The notes beneath the pieces are model-generated. The model was not told where the DNA came from. It ran no database searches and was given only the letters and a program-made list of their open reading frames with translations. The position numbers and the translations under genes are program-made. Below are positions 56,164 to 64,000 of a stretch of DNA of 64,000 nt, piece by piece. The stretch is from Bugula neritina (lineage: Eukaryota; Animalia; Bryozoa), in assembly GCA_964035545.1 (NCBI GenBank), contig OZ037766.1:22742767-22806766 (forward strand), read 5' to 3'. Each line of letters opens with the position of its first letter. Position 1 is the stretch's first letter.

Positions 56164-56947
56164 GTCACCTATAGTGGCAGCATATTAATAGCACACACCA
56201 TAGTTGACAAAAATCTGCGCCTTGTGACAATAATCTGGTGCTAGATTTTAGGATTTAATACAAAATCAGACGATCAACAATTTTTTACAAAGTTGCAAAA
56301 ATAACTATAATAACTATAATAATTTAAATTAACTAAATCACTATGAGATTGAGGATGGCTACTATTATTAATATGCACGAATCACTACTATTATTATGAC
56401 TATAAGTATGGCTATAAGTATCTGTATCAAATTAATCAAGTTATAGACTTAGTCTTATTTTATACTTATAGATATAACCATATCACAAATACTAATACTT
56501 ACACTTATACGAATAGTGATAGACTGACAGTACGAATAGTAGTAGATACTTAAAATTAATAATAAATTATTTTATGTTTAACACTTTTTCTCAAACATAT
56601 AAATTAATATTATTTTTATTATTATTTATAAATATTTATTCATGAATTGTTAATAATGTTATTATTAATCATAATAATTGATATAAATAATGTTTAAAAT
56701 ATTATTTTAATAATTATTTACTATTAATAATAACACTTATAATATTTTTAGTATTATATTTATAAATAATGATATTATTAAAATACAATTTAAGTTGTAT
56801 TAAATAAAATAAAAATATTGAATCAAAATTATTATAAAATTAAACATTAATAAATTATAAGTGTATAAATATGAATATAAGTATAATTATCATTATGATC
56901 TTTATATAAATATAAAATATATCATTATCGTATACGGTATATGAATT

Positions 56948-57426
56948 GGGTTACTGCCGTTTCGTACACAGGTCATTAGGCACATTGGTCGTTGCAAAAA
57001 CAAAATGGTCGTTTTGTATACAAACTGCTGTCTATTTCGTACACAAAATGAATAATAAATTAATCCACTGATTACCACTTGAATGATACTGTTTACTTAT
57101 TTATTGCATCCCAGCTTCCTTTTTCTCCCAACTTTTTTTGAAACCAAAAATATATTCATTAACCATGTGCTGCCATCTACTGATAACAATATCTAAAGTC
57201 TAAACTGAAAGAGCAGTTCCCCCTTAACATCCACATATCACAATAATAAGCATGCGGTGAAACGAAATGTGCAAGTTACTTGTGAGCAGTACTGTATGAT
57301 TCATACATTAAATAATAAATAGTTTTATATCAAAATATATGTATTTTAGTTAATTTATCTTGATGTGTATGAAGCGACCTGAAAAAGTGGGTATAAAACA
57401 GCTAGTGTACGAAATGACCTGCAACC
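56948..57426. mobile_element. Mutator (MULE)-like non-autonomous element
   Basis: Perfect 9-bp TSD ATATGAATT (56939-56947 and 57427-57435). G..C termini, with imperfect TIRs built from repeated tttcgtacac / gtgtacgaaa motifs. Confidence 0.85.
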
Positions 57427-58049
57427 ATATGAATTAGATTAAGAATTAGAATATTAACATTTAACTCAATATGAATATGAATTATGAATATCATATGTCA
57501 TTGAAGTTGAATATGTTTATATTTTACTTCACCTTTTAATTTACATTACTCATTTACTGTTTTTGTTACATTCAGCTTCAAGTGATTTCATATATACTGG
57601 TGATACTGATATCATTTTGATTTGCAATTACATTTACCATTATCATGTAATTTCATGGTTTATTGTCACTATGCTCATAGTCATACTGATACTGATACTC
57701 ATGCTGATAGTGATACCGATAAACGATAGTCATACTCCATCTCATATTCATAGTGATGCTCATTGACTTAATCATAATGATAATGTAAAACTATTACTAT
57801 TAGTATTACTCGGTATAATAGTATTACTATTACTGTATTACAGTATTACTATTAGTATTACTATTAGTATTACTAAATTTAATAAACTACATAAATAAAA
57901 TTTTTCGATATTATAACTATTGTTTCGAAATTGAATATGTTATGCTTACTTGTTCATTGTGATGGAAACAGCAATTTTAATACATAAATTACAAATGATT
58001 AGGACTAAAACCGTATAACTATAAGTTACTGTATGAGCTTAGAGTTAGA

Positions 58050-58330
58050 ATTGCCATGGTCTCACCGAATCGGAAATCGGGTTGAGAGTGCGAGATTACT
58101 GTTTATATTGCAAAGAATATCAAACAGCGTTTCGCATTGTAGTTCTTTCTAGGTCAATACAATGCAAAAATAAATTCAAATCGTTTTGTTTTAAGGTCAC
58201 AAGCTCGTTAGCACTCTACACGGTTTTGTCTTGTGATTTGTTTTGGAAGGAAACTCGAAATTATTACTCAGAGTAAAGTTTGACGTTCAAGTCAACTAAG
58301 ACGCAAAGTTAAAAACTTAAACAGCAACCT
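58050..58330. promoter_or_regulatory. Inferred bidirectional promoter shared by KDM5 and CCDC77
   Basis: Divergent genes. A local CpG-rich island is flanked by periodic AT-rich tracts. Candidate minus-strand 5' UTR donors lie near 58065 and 57949, and an acceptor at 56169 precedes the KDM5 ATG. Confidence 0.5.
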
Positions 58331-58665
58331 ACTAATGTTATTTGAAATTTATTTGGTTCAGTAGTTATTGTTGAGCCTCAGCCTGTTATCAAAAAAAATT
58401 GTTCTCCTAGGTTTTGCCTATTCTACTTTGACTTTCACTTTGAAACTCACTTTGACTTTCACTTTGTCTTAATCCTATGCCTATGGCTTTTGGTTTTACT
58501 TTTACACAATTTTAAAATTTTACCTTTGATTTAATAAAAAAAAATAGAAGCATTACAATAGATTATAGTAATAGTAGAATACTAATAATAATATTGAAAT
58601 TTAATTTTAAATCAATTATAACAAACAAATTCAAAATATCATAATCAGTGATAATCATCATATTT

Positions 58666-63736
<5,071 letters not shown>

Positions 63737-64000
63737 CCACATGCCCTCCTCTTAAAGTCCGTCCGACTGACCTGCATAAATTTTGTATAATTATATGTAT
63801 CAAACTAATAATTTTGTGTGTTCTTGAGACAAGTTGTGGTAAACTAGACTAGAACTGGTTAAGTTCTATTAAAGTCTGTAATTCTAAATAGATAATATTC
63901 TCATGGTTCTGTATTGAATTTTAAAAAAAAGGCTTTTAAATCATGCATTATGAACCTAGTTTGGTTGCGTACACAAATTTAATTTTTGTACTTTGAGAAC

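Overview
AT-rich, intron-rich eukaryotic DNA, most likely from an invertebrate animal (the species cannot be determined here). Five protein-coding genes were reconstructed by hand from GT-AG junctions and reading-frame continuity. (1) The 5' part of a membrane-anchored 2OG-Fe(II) prolyl-4-hydroxylase-like gene (minus strand, runs off the left edge). (2) A divergently transcribed, single-coding-exon, basic disordered protein of 391 aa with AT-hook-like motifs (plus). (3) A complete 30-coding-exon MAST kinase (minus) with an unexpected SAM-like N-terminal module. (4) A complete 29-coding-exon KDM5/JARID1 H3K4 demethylase (minus). (5) A complete CCDC77 (plus), head-to-head with KDM5 as in human. 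Introns hold several MITE families (hAT, Mutator-like, three pogo/Tc1-like copies, a foldback family), a tRNA-Thr-derived SINE and many minisatellites. Two non-coding patterns stand out: 3/6-bp-periodic AT-rich tracts flanking every inferred promoter, and tandem repeats that cluster at or copy splice sites. All exon coordinates were read manually and should be confirmed with RNA-seq.
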